From NCBI GenBank assembly GCA_040220235.1, contig JAVJTO010000075.1: a DNA stretch of 64,000 nt. One strand, written 5' to 3'. Below are positions 1 to 8,783 of this stretch, piece after piece; the stretch's first letter is position 1; the number at the start of each line of letters is the position of its first letter. The DNA is from Coleofasciculus sp. B1-GNL1-01 (GTDB lineage: Bacteria; Cyanobacteriota; Cyanobacteriia; Cyanobacteriales; Coleofasciculaceae). Position numbers and translations under genes: made by a program. The notes beneath the pieces were generated by a model. The model was not told the DNA's origin. It saw nothing but the letters and a program-made list of their open reading frames with translations, and did not search any database.

Positions 1-208
1 CTCCCCGTTTATGGAGAGCTTACTGAGAAACCCGTTTTTAGTGGAAAAAGAATTAAACGAGGTTTATATCGTACAGACAAGGGGGTTCTTGTTCAATCTG
101 ATGTTATAGGTTCCTACAATATTTTACGAAAAGCATTCCCATAAGTTTAACCGCTATGGGATAGAGAGGTGCGTAGTTCACCCAAGGAGAATTAATCTCT
201 CAAAGTAA
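1..208 (+). pseudogene. tnpB: 3' fragment of an IS200/IS605/IS607-type TnpB (RNA-guided nuclease), frameshifted near the C-terminus
   Basis: Frame 1 reads LPVYGELTEKPVFSGKRIKRGLYRTDKGVLVQSDVIGSYNILRKAFP* (stop 142-144). The usual tail FNRYGIERCVVHPRRINLSK* continues in another frame (146-208). Matches the SGKR.KRGLY...D..GSYNILRK TnpB C-terminal motif. The 5' part lies outside the window. Confidence 0.8.
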
Positions 209-303
209 AAGCGAAGGGAATTTCTGCAATGAAATTTAGTCTGTCTATATTTGACTATACTTTTACCAACTATTCTTATGGGGTGTCTAAGTCCTATTGT
301 CAA

Positions 304-477
304 ATGCCTATTGACCGCCAGAAAAACAAGCAACTCAAAGTGACGATACCAAATGACCTTCACAGGAAACTGAAAATTATCTCTGAAAAAATAGGTATTC
401 CGATGGCTCAGATGCTACTGCAGTCAGCAGTAGAGAAATACAGAGAGGAGCTGAAGGAACTGGATCAAGAAGAATAA
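304..477 (+). CDS. Small ribbon-helix-helix (CopG/Arc-like) DNA-binding protein
   Basis: From ATG 304: MPIDRQKNKQLKVTIPNDLHRKLKIISEKIGIPMAQMLLQSAVEKY; alternating beta strand followed by two helices, typical of RHH proteins. Confidence 0.65.
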   Translation: MPIDRQKNKQLKVTIPNDLHRKLKIISEKIGIPMAQMLLQSAVEKYREELKELDQEE

Positions 478-752
478 AGCAATACCTTTTGCTTTAGCGC
501 GACTCCTCCAGTAATAAAACCTCTCAACCTGCGCTTATGGAGCTTGATTTGCAGTAAACGGATATATTTGATTCAATTTTTGCATAGAAACAGGACACTT
601 TGCATCAATTAATACAAAAAAAGCAGATAGCGCCGATAAGGTTAACCTGAGATTAACCCAGACAGGATAAAGTCTCTGGAACAAAAAATTCCAGGGAAAG
701 TTATCCGGTTGGCTAATCTCACAAAAAACTCTATTTGGTGTGAGAGACGAAC

Positions 753-2531
753 GTGAATCAAGCTAAAGTTTTTAGGATTGCCTTCCTTAATGTTCCGACA
801 ATTTTAGGGATAATAATTGGGCTGTCTACCGCCGCGATCGCAGGTGAACCTACCCGAAGGGATAATAGCCAACAGCCGAGTTCAATTGCCCAAACGCCAC
901 TGAATCTAGAGATTCCGGTTCCAGATGCAGCGATGGAGACAGAAGAGACATTAAACCCATCCGCGACACCGGAAACTCCTGTACCCTCTCTAGGACTGGA
1001 TACTAGCGAAAATCAGGGGATGGGACAAATAACCAACGTTTCCCAACTGCGAGATGTGTCCCCCGGAGACTGGGCGCATGAAGCTTTGCGATCGCTTGTT
1101 GAACGGTATGGTTGTATTGCGGGATATCCGGATGGCACGTTTCGCGGTAATCGGGCGATGACGCGCTATGAATTTGCGGCTGGATTAAATGCCTGTTTAC
1201 AGCAAATTGAGCGTTTAATTGGCAACGTTCCCGATAACGTTGAAGAATTGCCCACGCTACGGCGTTTAGTCGAAGAATTTGAAGCAGAACTTGCCACCTT
1301 AGGAGCGCGAGTTGATAATTTAGAAGGTCGAGTGGCGTTTTTAGAAGACCATCAATTTTCCACAACCACAAAACTATCAGGGGAAGTTATCTTTGGTTTG
1401 GCGGATGCGTTTGGGGATGAAGTTGGCGACGATGTAAATACCGTTTTTCACGATCGCGTTCGCCTCAACTTCCTAACTAGCTTCACCGGGAAGGATATGC
1501 TGCAAACTCGCCTGCAAGCGGGTAATCCAACCCCATTACTGGCAAGAAGCGGTGTAACGTATGACGATGGGTCAGGTGGTAGTCAAGAAGGACGCTTCAC
1601 CTATGATGGTCCTGCTGGCAATGATGTTGTTATCGACATCCTGCGCTACCGCTTTCCCCTGGGAGACAAAGCCACCGTACAAATCGTGGCAAATAATGGC
1701 TTACACCACTATTACTCAGATACTGTGAACCCTTACTTAGAAGGTGGCGCTGGCGGTTCTAATGCCATTTCCCGCTTCGCGGAACGGAACCCCATTTATC
1801 GGATTGGACCCTTTGGTGCAGGGGCTGCGATCGCGCTGAAACCCAGTGATAATCTGAGAGTAGATTTGGGATACATTTCCAATACCGCCAGTAATCCTGG
1901 AGAGGATAATGGGTTGTTCAACGGGAATTATTCCGGAATTGCCCAAATCGTTTATGGCAGTCGGTTTAAAATTGGATTAACCTATGTTCATGCTTATGAC
2001 GATGGCAGTTTTAATGATGGAGATGGTGCCAGACGCTTTCTGTTAGGTGGAACAGGTACAGCCTTTGCTAATCTCAATCCAGGACAATTAGCCAATGTAA
2101 CCAATTTGTCAGCCGAAACTCTCAGCACTCCAGTTGTTAGTAACTCTTACGGAATAGAAGCCTCCCTCAGATTTAGTCCTAGCTTTTTGGTTAATGGCTG
2201 GGTTGGTAAAACTGACGCCCGTTTAATTGGATTAGGCGATGCTGATATTTGGAATTTTGCGTTAGGTTTAGTTTTCCCTGATTTAGGAAAAGAGGGGAAT
2301 TTAGCTGCCATTGTTGCGGGTGCAGAACCGACGCTGAGAGGATTGGACGTTCCCGGAGGAACCAACAACTTTAATCGAGATTTTGCTTATCATATCGAAG
2401 GGTTCTACAAATATCAAGTGAGCGATAATCTCTCGATCACACCGGGTATCATTTGGTTAACCTCTCCCAACCAAAATTCAGATAACAGCGATGCCGTGAT
2501 TGGTACAGTGAGAACCACATTCACTTTTTAA
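753..2531 (+). CDS. Cyanobacterial outer-membrane porin (SLH domain + OprB-type barrel; SomA/iron-uptake porin family)
   Basis: Signal peptide, SLH motif VSQLRDVSPGDWA..LRSLVERYGCIAGYPDGTFRGNRAMTRYEFAAGL, FSTTTKLSGEVIF, C-terminal RTTFTF. Confidence 0.93.
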   Translation: MNQAKVFRIAFLNVPTILGIIIGLSTAAIAGEPTRRDNSQQPSSIAQTPLNLEIPVPDAAMETEETLNPSATPETPVPSLGLDTSENQGMGQITNVSQLRDVSPGDWAHEALRSLVERYGCIAGYPDGTFRGNRAMTRYEFAAGLNACLQQIERLIGNVPDNVEELPTLRRLVEEFEAELATLGARVDNLEGRVAFLEDHQFSTTTKLSGEVIFGLADAFGDEVGDDVNTVFHDRVRLNFLTSFTGKDMLQTRLQAGNPTPLLARSGVTYDDGSGGSQEGRFTYDGPAGNDVVIDILRYRFPLGDKATVQIVANNGLHHYYSDTVNPYLEGGAGGSNAISRFAERNPIYRIGPFGAGAAIALKPSDNLRVDLGYISNTASNPGEDNGLFNGNYSGIAQIVYGSRFKIGLTYVHAYDDGSFNDGDGARRFLLGGTGTAFANLNPGQLANVTNLSAETLSTPVVSNSYGIEASLRFSPSFLVNGWVGKTDARLIGLGDADIWNFALGLVFPDLGKEGNLAAIVAGAEPTLRGLDVPGGTNNFNRDFAYHIEGFYKYQVSDNLSITPGIIWLTSPNQNSDNSDAVIGTVRTTFTF

Positions 2532-2539
2532 CTGCTGAC

Positions 2540-2572
2540 AGATCCCCGACTTCCTCAAGAAGTCGGGGATCT
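2540..2572 (+). terminator. Strong hairpin after the porin gene (dispersed palindromic repeat, probable terminator)
   Basis: AGATCCCCGACTTC-ctcaa-GAAGTCGGGGATCT, 14-bp perfect stem 8 nt after the stop, between convergent genes. Confidence 0.7.
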
Positions 2573-2640
2573 AATACCAAATTCGCTTAAGTAACTCCCT
2601 TTATCACTTGTGGACTTTTTCCCTGGCTATCAAACTCTTA

Positions 2641-2675
2641 GACAAATGACAAAGGACAAATGACAAATGACCAAT
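2641..2675. repeat. STRR heptamer array (GACAAAT)n
   Basis: gacaaat gacaaag gacaaat gacaaat gaccaat. Same family near 10098-10126, 14461-14491, 27520-27570, 40062-40090, 45865-45906, 47376-47570 and 59549-59580. Confidence 0.85.
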
Positions 2676-3595
2676 CACTTCTTCGCTGTACTCGCCGACG
2701 GTAGCGAATGACCCGCATTCGGATCGAAGGACGGAAATGGTGCTGTTCCACCTAAATACGTAGGTAGAATTCCATCCCATTTCTTAATCATTTCCTCTTG
2801 CAATTCTAACTCCCGCAAACGAATGGTTAATGGTGAAACTGTTGAAGCTTTAATCCGAGAGGCTTCAGCTTCTCCCCTCGCTTCAGCAATTTTCCGCTTA
2901 GATTCCGCTTCGGCGACTTCAAGCTGTGCTTTAGCAGCTACGGCTTGCTGTTCAGCTTGGAAACGGGCGGTTATTTGGGCTTCAATGGACTCGTCAAATC
3001 GAGGTTTACTGACAAAGCCGACGGAATCAAACGTAACACCAACTGAACCAAATTTATTGTTCAAGCAAGTTTGAACATCTTTGAGTAATTGTCCCTGCTT
3101 ATCTCCCACAATTTGTTCCGGTTTTAATCCAGTTGCCGACTGGTTAAAGCAATTACGAGTTTCGCTGCGAACTAGGGTAGCTTTAAACTGATCCGGGTCT
3201 TTCAGATACTTCCCGTAAAAGTCTTTAATTTTCCGGGTGTTGAAAAAGTAGGACAGGGAGACATCCGCATTAACCGTTGTACCACCGACACCAAAGCTGA
3301 TGCTTTCATCAACTGGAGAGCCTTCTTCCGTTGAAGCCGTTAAGATATAATACTGAACGTGGTCAGGAAAAACGACAATTTCTTCAGTGTAGCCATTATA
3401 CCAAACTTTACCTGTACTAATCGTTGCATTTTGCACACCCCGATTTTTACCGTAAAGCTCGACTTTTAATCCAACATAGCCAGGGGGAATTCGCTTGACA
3501 CTGCTTCCCGGAACCGCACCACAACCCGATGCAATAATTGCTAAAGCAGCCGTAATTCCAGTAAGTTTGAAGAAACGCTGAGGTAGATTTTTCAT
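2675..3595 (-). CDS. SPFH/band 7 (prohibitin-like) lipoprotein
   Basis: Lipobox IIASG|C, IPPGYVGLKVELYG SPFH start, coiled coil AEAESKRKIAEARGEAEA, C-terminal KWDGILP. Start ATG 3595 preferred. Confidence 0.85.
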   Translation of the reverse strand: MKNLPQRFFKLTGITAALAIIASGCGAVPGSSVKRIPPGYVGLKVELYGKNRGVQNATISTGKVWYNGYTEEIVVFPDHVQYYILTASTEEGSPVDESISFGVGGTTVNADVSLSYFFNTRKIKDFYGKYLKDPDQFKATLVRSETRNCFNQSATGLKPEQIVGDKQGQLLKDVQTCLNNKFGSVGVTFDSVGFVSKPRFDESIEAQITARFQAEQQAVAAKAQLEVAEAESKRKIAEARGEAEASRIKASTVSPLTIRLRELELQEEMIKKWDGILPTYLGGTAPFPSFDPNAGHSLPSASTAKK

Positions 3596-3733
3596 GGTCT
3601 TGAATGGTTGACTAAACGTATCCGACGTGTAAATGCTGTTCAGCACAAATTTTGGTTAATTACATACAAAAATGCCAGTCTATGTGTCTCTACATATTGT
3701 GCAACTGATGAGGAGATAAACTTGATATTTTCT

Positions 3734-4009
3734 TCAGTTGACATCCAAAAGTTCAACTAAGGAAACATCACAATCTGGGAAAGCTTCTTTTATCTGCTTG
3801 TGTCGAACTTGAGCATTATGAAGTCTGGCGACGACATGACTGACAGAAACTCCCGGTACAACCAGTAATCCGACGACGTAATAACTGACGCCTAACCAAA
3901 CTTTTTGGTCACTGGGAGAACTAACTAGAGTCGCAGCATTACCTAAAAGCCAAAAACAGAAGATTAGTTCGAGGGTTCCTATCGCTATCCATTTTGTCAG
4001 GGTTTTCAT
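3734..4009 (-). CDS. Small two-TM membrane protein, probably co-transcribed with the SPFH gene
   Basis: 91 aa ORF with two hydrophobic segments, same strand, 138 bp upstream of SPFH. Confidence 0.6.
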   Translation of the reverse strand: MKTLTKWIAIGTLELIFCFWLLGNAATLVSSPSDQKVWLGVSYYVVGLLVVPGVSVSHVVARLHNAQVRHKQIKEAFPDCDVSLVELLDVN

Positions 4010-4269
4010 GAGTCTTGAGGGAGATAATCAATTCTGGTATTCGCCTAAATTAACAGCGGTTATACTGTCCTCTTAAACAACCAGAAACAATGTTTAATTT
4101 AATTCTTATCTTAATTATCTCTACTCAGTCATACACAACGAAGAGATGTGTATGAACATTCACAAGTCGGTGTTGCGTTCACAGGCGTGTATCGGTATAT
4201 TCCCCATGCTTCACCTCAAATGTCACAGGATGGATGTTAGGGAATAGGCAACAGGCAATTCTAAAAAGA

Positions 4270-4297
4270 GTAGGGGGACGACATGTCGTCCCCCTAC
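4270..4297. repeat. REP-like perfect palindrome (GTAG family)
   Basis: GTAGGGGGACGACATGTCGTCCCCCTAC, 28-bp perfect palindrome downstream of the NPCA-repeat gene. Confidence 0.8.
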
Positions 4298-4353
4298 AGA
4301 TAGTGGTTCAATGGTAAAGCAAGCGTAACAGAAGTCGTCAATCTAAATGCTGA

Positions 4354-4608
4354 TTAATTCGTCTTGCCCGCGCAGGGATTTTCTTTCGCGGCACAAGGAT
4401 TCGCTTTACCCGCGCAGGGGTTCTCTTTCGCAGCACAAGGATTAGCCTTACCCGCACAAGGGTTCTCTTTACCCGCACAGGGATTTGCTTGAGTTTCAGT
4501 CCCGCCTTCGGGTCCAGGTTTAGCGGCACAGGGGTTACCACAACCCGTTGCTAGCCCCAGACCTAGAATAGAGGCAATGGTGAGTGTCGCAATGTAGTTA
4601 ACTTTCAT
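4354..4608 (-). CDS. Small lipoprotein with seven NPCA(G/A)K cysteine repeats
   Basis: MKVNYIATLTIASILGLGLATG|C lipoprotein signal, then GNPCAAK and six tandem (A/E)NPCA(G/A)K heptads with synonymous codon variation. Confidence 0.8.
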   Translation of the reverse strand: MKVNYIATLTIASILGLGLATGCGNPCAAKPGPEGGTETQANPCAGKENPCAGKANPCAAKENPCAGKANPCAAKENPCAGKTN

Positions 4609-4890
4609 TCTCTTCTGGCTTCTGTGATACAAAGATTGGTACATCATCGCCCGGAAGTCTGCCAGGGCTTAGGCAATACTTAACCTTAAGAACCTTAAAT
4701 TACCCTTAAAAACAGCTTGGGATTCGCTGAGACTGGGGTCAACGATTGCTGGTTGGATTAGGGAGGTTCAGGATAAACCGAGATTTTCTCAGGAAAAACT
4801 CAGATTTTCCCTAAATTAATTTGTCAAAATTGACGGTATGGCGAAACCTGATAAAAAATTGCCCCTGATTATACTCTAGCTATAAAATAA

Positions 4891-5502
4891 ATGATGGAAA
4901 GTAGTGATTGGTTAGTAACAGAGAATGGAGACTGTCTAGCCTGCAATCCCCAAGAGAGTGAAACATCTACAGGCTATTATCGACTTTATCGATTTCTCAC
5001 CGATGTAGAAGATATTCTCGAATCCACCAAAGATGATCGCCAACGCCTAGAACAAATTCGCCCGTTAGTCCGCCGTTTACTGACGAGTTCCTATTGGCTA
5101 CAGGGTGAATATCGCGAACCGAATCCCGATACAGGCTGGTCTGTCTTGATGCTTTACGATGAACCAGAATTCCCCTTAACTGTGCAGACTGTAGTTTGGT
5201 TACCCGGACGAGTCTCTCCGATTCATAATCATGCGGCGTGGGGAGTGGTGGCGTTAATCAGTGGTGAAGAAAAAAATACATTTTGGCGACGGACTAGGGA
5301 TTCAGAATTGCCCGATCGCATCGAAAAGGTGGGTGAACAGATTCTGGTTCCTGGCGATATTATCAGCTTTATGCCTGATGCGATTCACCATGTAGAAGTG
5401 ATGGGAACCGAACCGACGATTACATTTAATCTTTATGGAAAAACGGAGTATCAGCAACGATTTGAGTTTGATCCGATTACTCACACGGCTAAAAACTTCT
5501 AA
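4891..5502 (+). CDS. Cupin of the cysteine/thiol dioxygenase family
   Basis: SPIHNHAAWGVVALISGEE...DAIHHVE 3-His metal site; TITFNLYG at the position of the S-H-Y motif. Confidence 0.8.
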   Translation: MMESSDWLVTENGDCLACNPQESETSTGYYRLYRFLTDVEDILESTKDDRQRLEQIRPLVRRLLTSSYWLQGEYREPNPDTGWSVLMLYDEPEFPLTVQTVVWLPGRVSPIHNHAAWGVVALISGEEKNTFWRRTRDSELPDRIEKVGEQILVPGDIISFMPDAIHHVEVMGTEPTITFNLYGKTEYQQRFEFDPITHTAKNF

Positions 5503-5568
5503 TCTGGCGTGGCACAGCTAAAATAGTGGCATAGATTTGACGGTTAAATCAGGCGCAAGCCACCTATT

Positions 5569-5597
5569 GTAGGGGCACGGCATTGCCGTGCCCCTAC
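5569..5597. repeat. REP-like palindrome (GTAG family)
   Basis: GTAGGGGCACGGCA-t-TGCCGTGCCCCTAC. Confidence 0.8.
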
Positions 5598-5907
5598 TTT
5601 CTGCCTTTTGCTCTACAATGTACGTTCTCTAAAATTTGGCTAGGTGATTATCGATGAAACCGCCAAGTTCTAATGGTGTCGTGCTTAAGGAGGATTTCTG
5701 GATTGACCCCATTTACAGGAGGACGGGAGTCCCGATCAAGAGATAAGTTTTCCCAATAACTGATGTTAGCATTTATCTTTGAAGTTAATGAGTCAGAGTC
5801 AAACCGATTAAATACCGTGGTTTTGGAGTCGCGATGGCAAAGAAGCCACCCACTACCATCATCGATATTCCCCCAGTCGCTGTGAGAAAAATTGAGAGGT
5901 TATCGTT

Positions 5908-8400
5908 GTGTCTGATTCCCCGACCAGTTTAATTGTGGCAGAACCAAAAGCAACTTATGAATCCGGTGGTGATCAAAATTGCTGGGTGGAGACGCTGGTG
6001 GATTGTCCGGGACTCGAGGGACTGTTGACGTACCGCATCCCGGCGGATTTGTCGGTTAAACCGGGAGATATTTTAACGGTGCCATTGAATAACCGACAGG
6101 TGGGGGCGATCGCAATTCGGTTACTGGCTTCTCCCCCTGCTGATGTGCCATTGGCGAAAATCCGGGAGGTGGAGGATGTTGTCTGTACTGGGTTTTTTGG
6201 GACATCCTATTGGCAGGTATTGGAACAAGTGGCGCAGTATTACTGCACACCCCTGATATCCGTAGTTCGGGGGGCATTACCACCGGGATTGTTGATGCGA
6301 TCGCAACGGCGAGTTCGTCTGCATCGTGAGGCGCTTCCTGATAATGCAGATACGTTTGTCGGTCGAACGGCGCGTCAGATTTTAGCAGTCTTAGACGCCC
6401 AACCGGAAGGAGATTACAGCGTCGCCTATCTACAACGCCAGGTGAAAGGGGCGCGTCGCGGGGTAAAAGATTTACTTAAACGCGGCTGGGTGGAAAGTTA
6501 TTTGAAACCGCCCCAACCGTCTCGCCCGAAGCTGAAGAAAGCTGTCACTCTCGTCGCGGATGGCTTTGAATCTGATATCACCGAACGACAACGGGAAGTA
6601 TTAGATGTACTGCGGCGTCGGGGTGGGGATATGTGGCTGAATGAGTTATTGCAAGTCTGTCATGCTACGTCTTCTATTGTTAACAAGCTGGCAGAAAAAG
6701 GGTATGTCGTCGTTGAATACCGGGAAATTCTCAGAACCTTGGATCAGCCAAATGTGGCAGATGATCGCCCTAAAGTATTGACAGATACGCAAACTTATGC
6801 GTTGAAAACGATTCAAAGTTTGGATGAGTATAACCAAGTGCTATTGCATGGGGTAACGGGTTCCGGGAAAACCGAAGTTTATCTACAAGCGATCGCGCCG
6901 TTGTTAAGGGCGGGACAATCTGCCCTGGTATTAGTTCCAGAGATTGGGCTAACCCCGCAACTTACCGACCGATTTCGCGCCCGGTTTGGTCAAAAGGTGA
7001 ATGTGTATCACAGTGGGTTATCCCATGGGGAACGGTATGATACCTGGCGACAAGTCTTAAGTGGAGAACCCCAGGTCGTCATTGGTACGCGATCGGCTGT
7101 TTTTGTGCCGTTACCCAAATTGGGTCTAATTATATTAGATGAAGAACACGACTCCAGTTTCAAGCAAGACAGTCTTCCTCCCACCTATCATGCCCGTACC
7201 GTTGCCCAATGGCGGGCGGAATTGGACAATTGTCCTCTAGTTTTGGGTTCAGCCACTCCTTCTTTGGAAACCTGGGTGTCTGTCAACGGTCAACAAGCCA
7301 ATCTCAACCAAAAATATTACCTTTCATTACCTGAACGCATCCAATCTCGCCCCTTACCCCCTGTGGAAATTGTGGATATGAGACAGGAGTTAAAGCAGGG
7401 GAATCGTTCTATTTTCAGCCGTTCTCTCCAAGATGAATTACAACAGTTGAAACAAAAGCAACGACAAGGGATTTTATTTATTCCCCGTCGCGGACATAGT
7501 ACGTTTGTTTCCTGTCGCAGTTGCGGATATGTGATGGAATGCCCGGACTGTGATGTGTCCTTGTCCTATCACTATGCTTATGAGGGGGCGAATCAACTCT
7601 TACGTTGTCACTATTGCAACTACACAACCGCCCATCCTAATAATTGTCCCGAATGTGGTTCACCTTACCTCAAGTTTTTTGGTAGTGGTACACAGCGAGT
7701 GACTCAGGAGTTGGCTAAGGCATTTCCTGATTTACGGGTGATTCGCTTTGATAGTGATACCACCCGTACCAAGGGGGCGCATCGAACCCTGTTAACTCAG
7801 TTTGCCAATGGGGAAGCGGACTTATTAATCGGGACACAAATGTTAACCAAGGGATTAGACTTAGCAGGAGTCACCTTAGTCGGAGTTGTCGCTGCTGATG
7901 GATTATTACACTTATCTGATTATCGGGCAGCCGAACGCGCTTTTCAAACCTTAACCCAAGTCGCAGGTCGGGCGGGTCGGGGGGATGATCCGGGTCAGGT
8001 GATTGTCCAAACCTATTCACCTCAACATCCGGTGATTCAGGCGGTGAAAACCCATGGGTATGAGGTGTTTACCGAGGCGGAATTAGCACAACGAGAAGCG
8101 TTGAATTATCCTCCTTATGGGCATTTGATTTTATTGCGATTGAGTGGGTTGGAGGAGATAAACGTTGAGAAGGCGGCGGAGAGGTTAGCAGATTGGTTGA
8201 GTCAAGCGGGTTCTGGGTATGAGATATTAGGACCCGCCCCGGCGGGGATTATGCGAATCGCCCGTCGTTATCGGTGGCAGATTTTGCTCAAGTTTCCGCC
8301 AGATGTAGCGGTAGGATTACCCGATGTGGCGGCGTTGCAGCGGATTTGTCCGCCGGATGTGAGTTTGACGATTGATGTTGATCCGCTGAATATGATGTAG
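5908..8400 (+). CDS. priA: Primosomal protein N' (replication restart helicase)
   Basis: LLHGVTGSGKTEVY, DEEHD, SATPS, four CxxC pairs, QVAGRAGR, C-terminal DVDP. Confidence 0.97.
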   Translation: MSDSPTSLIVAEPKATYESGGDQNCWVETLVDCPGLEGLLTYRIPADLSVKPGDILTVPLNNRQVGAIAIRLLASPPADVPLAKIREVEDVVCTGFFGTSYWQVLEQVAQYYCTPLISVVRGALPPGLLMRSQRRVRLHREALPDNADTFVGRTARQILAVLDAQPEGDYSVAYLQRQVKGARRGVKDLLKRGWVESYLKPPQPSRPKLKKAVTLVADGFESDITERQREVLDVLRRRGGDMWLNELLQVCHATSSIVNKLAEKGYVVVEYREILRTLDQPNVADDRPKVLTDTQTYALKTIQSLDEYNQVLLHGVTGSGKTEVYLQAIAPLLRAGQSALVLVPEIGLTPQLTDRFRARFGQKVNVYHSGLSHGERYDTWRQVLSGEPQVVIGTRSAVFVPLPKLGLIILDEEHDSSFKQDSLPPTYHARTVAQWRAELDNCPLVLGSATPSLETWVSVNGQQANLNQKYYLSLPERIQSRPLPPVEIVDMRQELKQGNRSIFSRSLQDELQQLKQKQRQGILFIPRRGHSTFVSCRSCGYVMECPDCDVSLSYHYAYEGANQLLRCHYCNYTTAHPNNCPECGSPYLKFFGSGTQRVTQELAKAFPDLRVIRFDSDTTRTKGAHRTLLTQFANGEADLLIGTQMLTKGLDLAGVTLVGVVAADGLLHLSDYRAAERAFQTLTQVAGRAGRGDDPGQVIVQTYSPQHPVIQAVKTHGYEVFTEAELAQREALNYPPYGHLILLRLSGLEEINVEKAAERLADWLSQAGSGYEILGPAPAGIMRIARRYRWQILLKFPPDVAVGLPDVAALQRICPPDVSLTIDVDPLNMM

Positions 8401-8624
8401 GAGGTTATTTGTCCTTTGTCATTCGTCCTTTGCCCTTCTTAATTCAGCAAGCCCTAAATATTGTAGGGGCGACCCGCCGCACACCGCTAAAACTACCCAC
8501 CGATTAATTTTATCGGGTCGCCCGACATCAGATATCGGTAATGATCTAACACCATTTAGCAGTAAGAAATTTTCTACCTTCTGCCTTTTGCTATATAGCA
8601 GTACCAAGACAGGTTAGGACATTC

Positions 8625-8729
8625 TGTACTGTTCCCTTTTCCCTGTGACACACCGAGCGTGTTACCGAGCGTGTTACTGAGCGAAGCCGAAGTAAGTCGA
8701 GGTAAGTCGAGGTGTTCCCTGTTCCCTCT
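8625..8729. repeat. GTTCCCT heptamer array interrupted by a small dispersed repeat with internal tandem duplications
   Basis: gttccct units flank ccgagcgtgtta x2, ctgagcgaagccgaagt and aagtcgaggt x2. Confidence 0.65.
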
Positions 8730-8783
8730 TGGGATCAACTTATGTCCTAACGTATCCTCGTAGTGCTATAAATGAAATGCCAA

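Noticed and set aside
4338..4541. Alternative-frame ORF over the NPCA repeats
   Set aside because: Shadow frame; codon variation is synonymous only in the NPCA frame, which also has a signal peptide.
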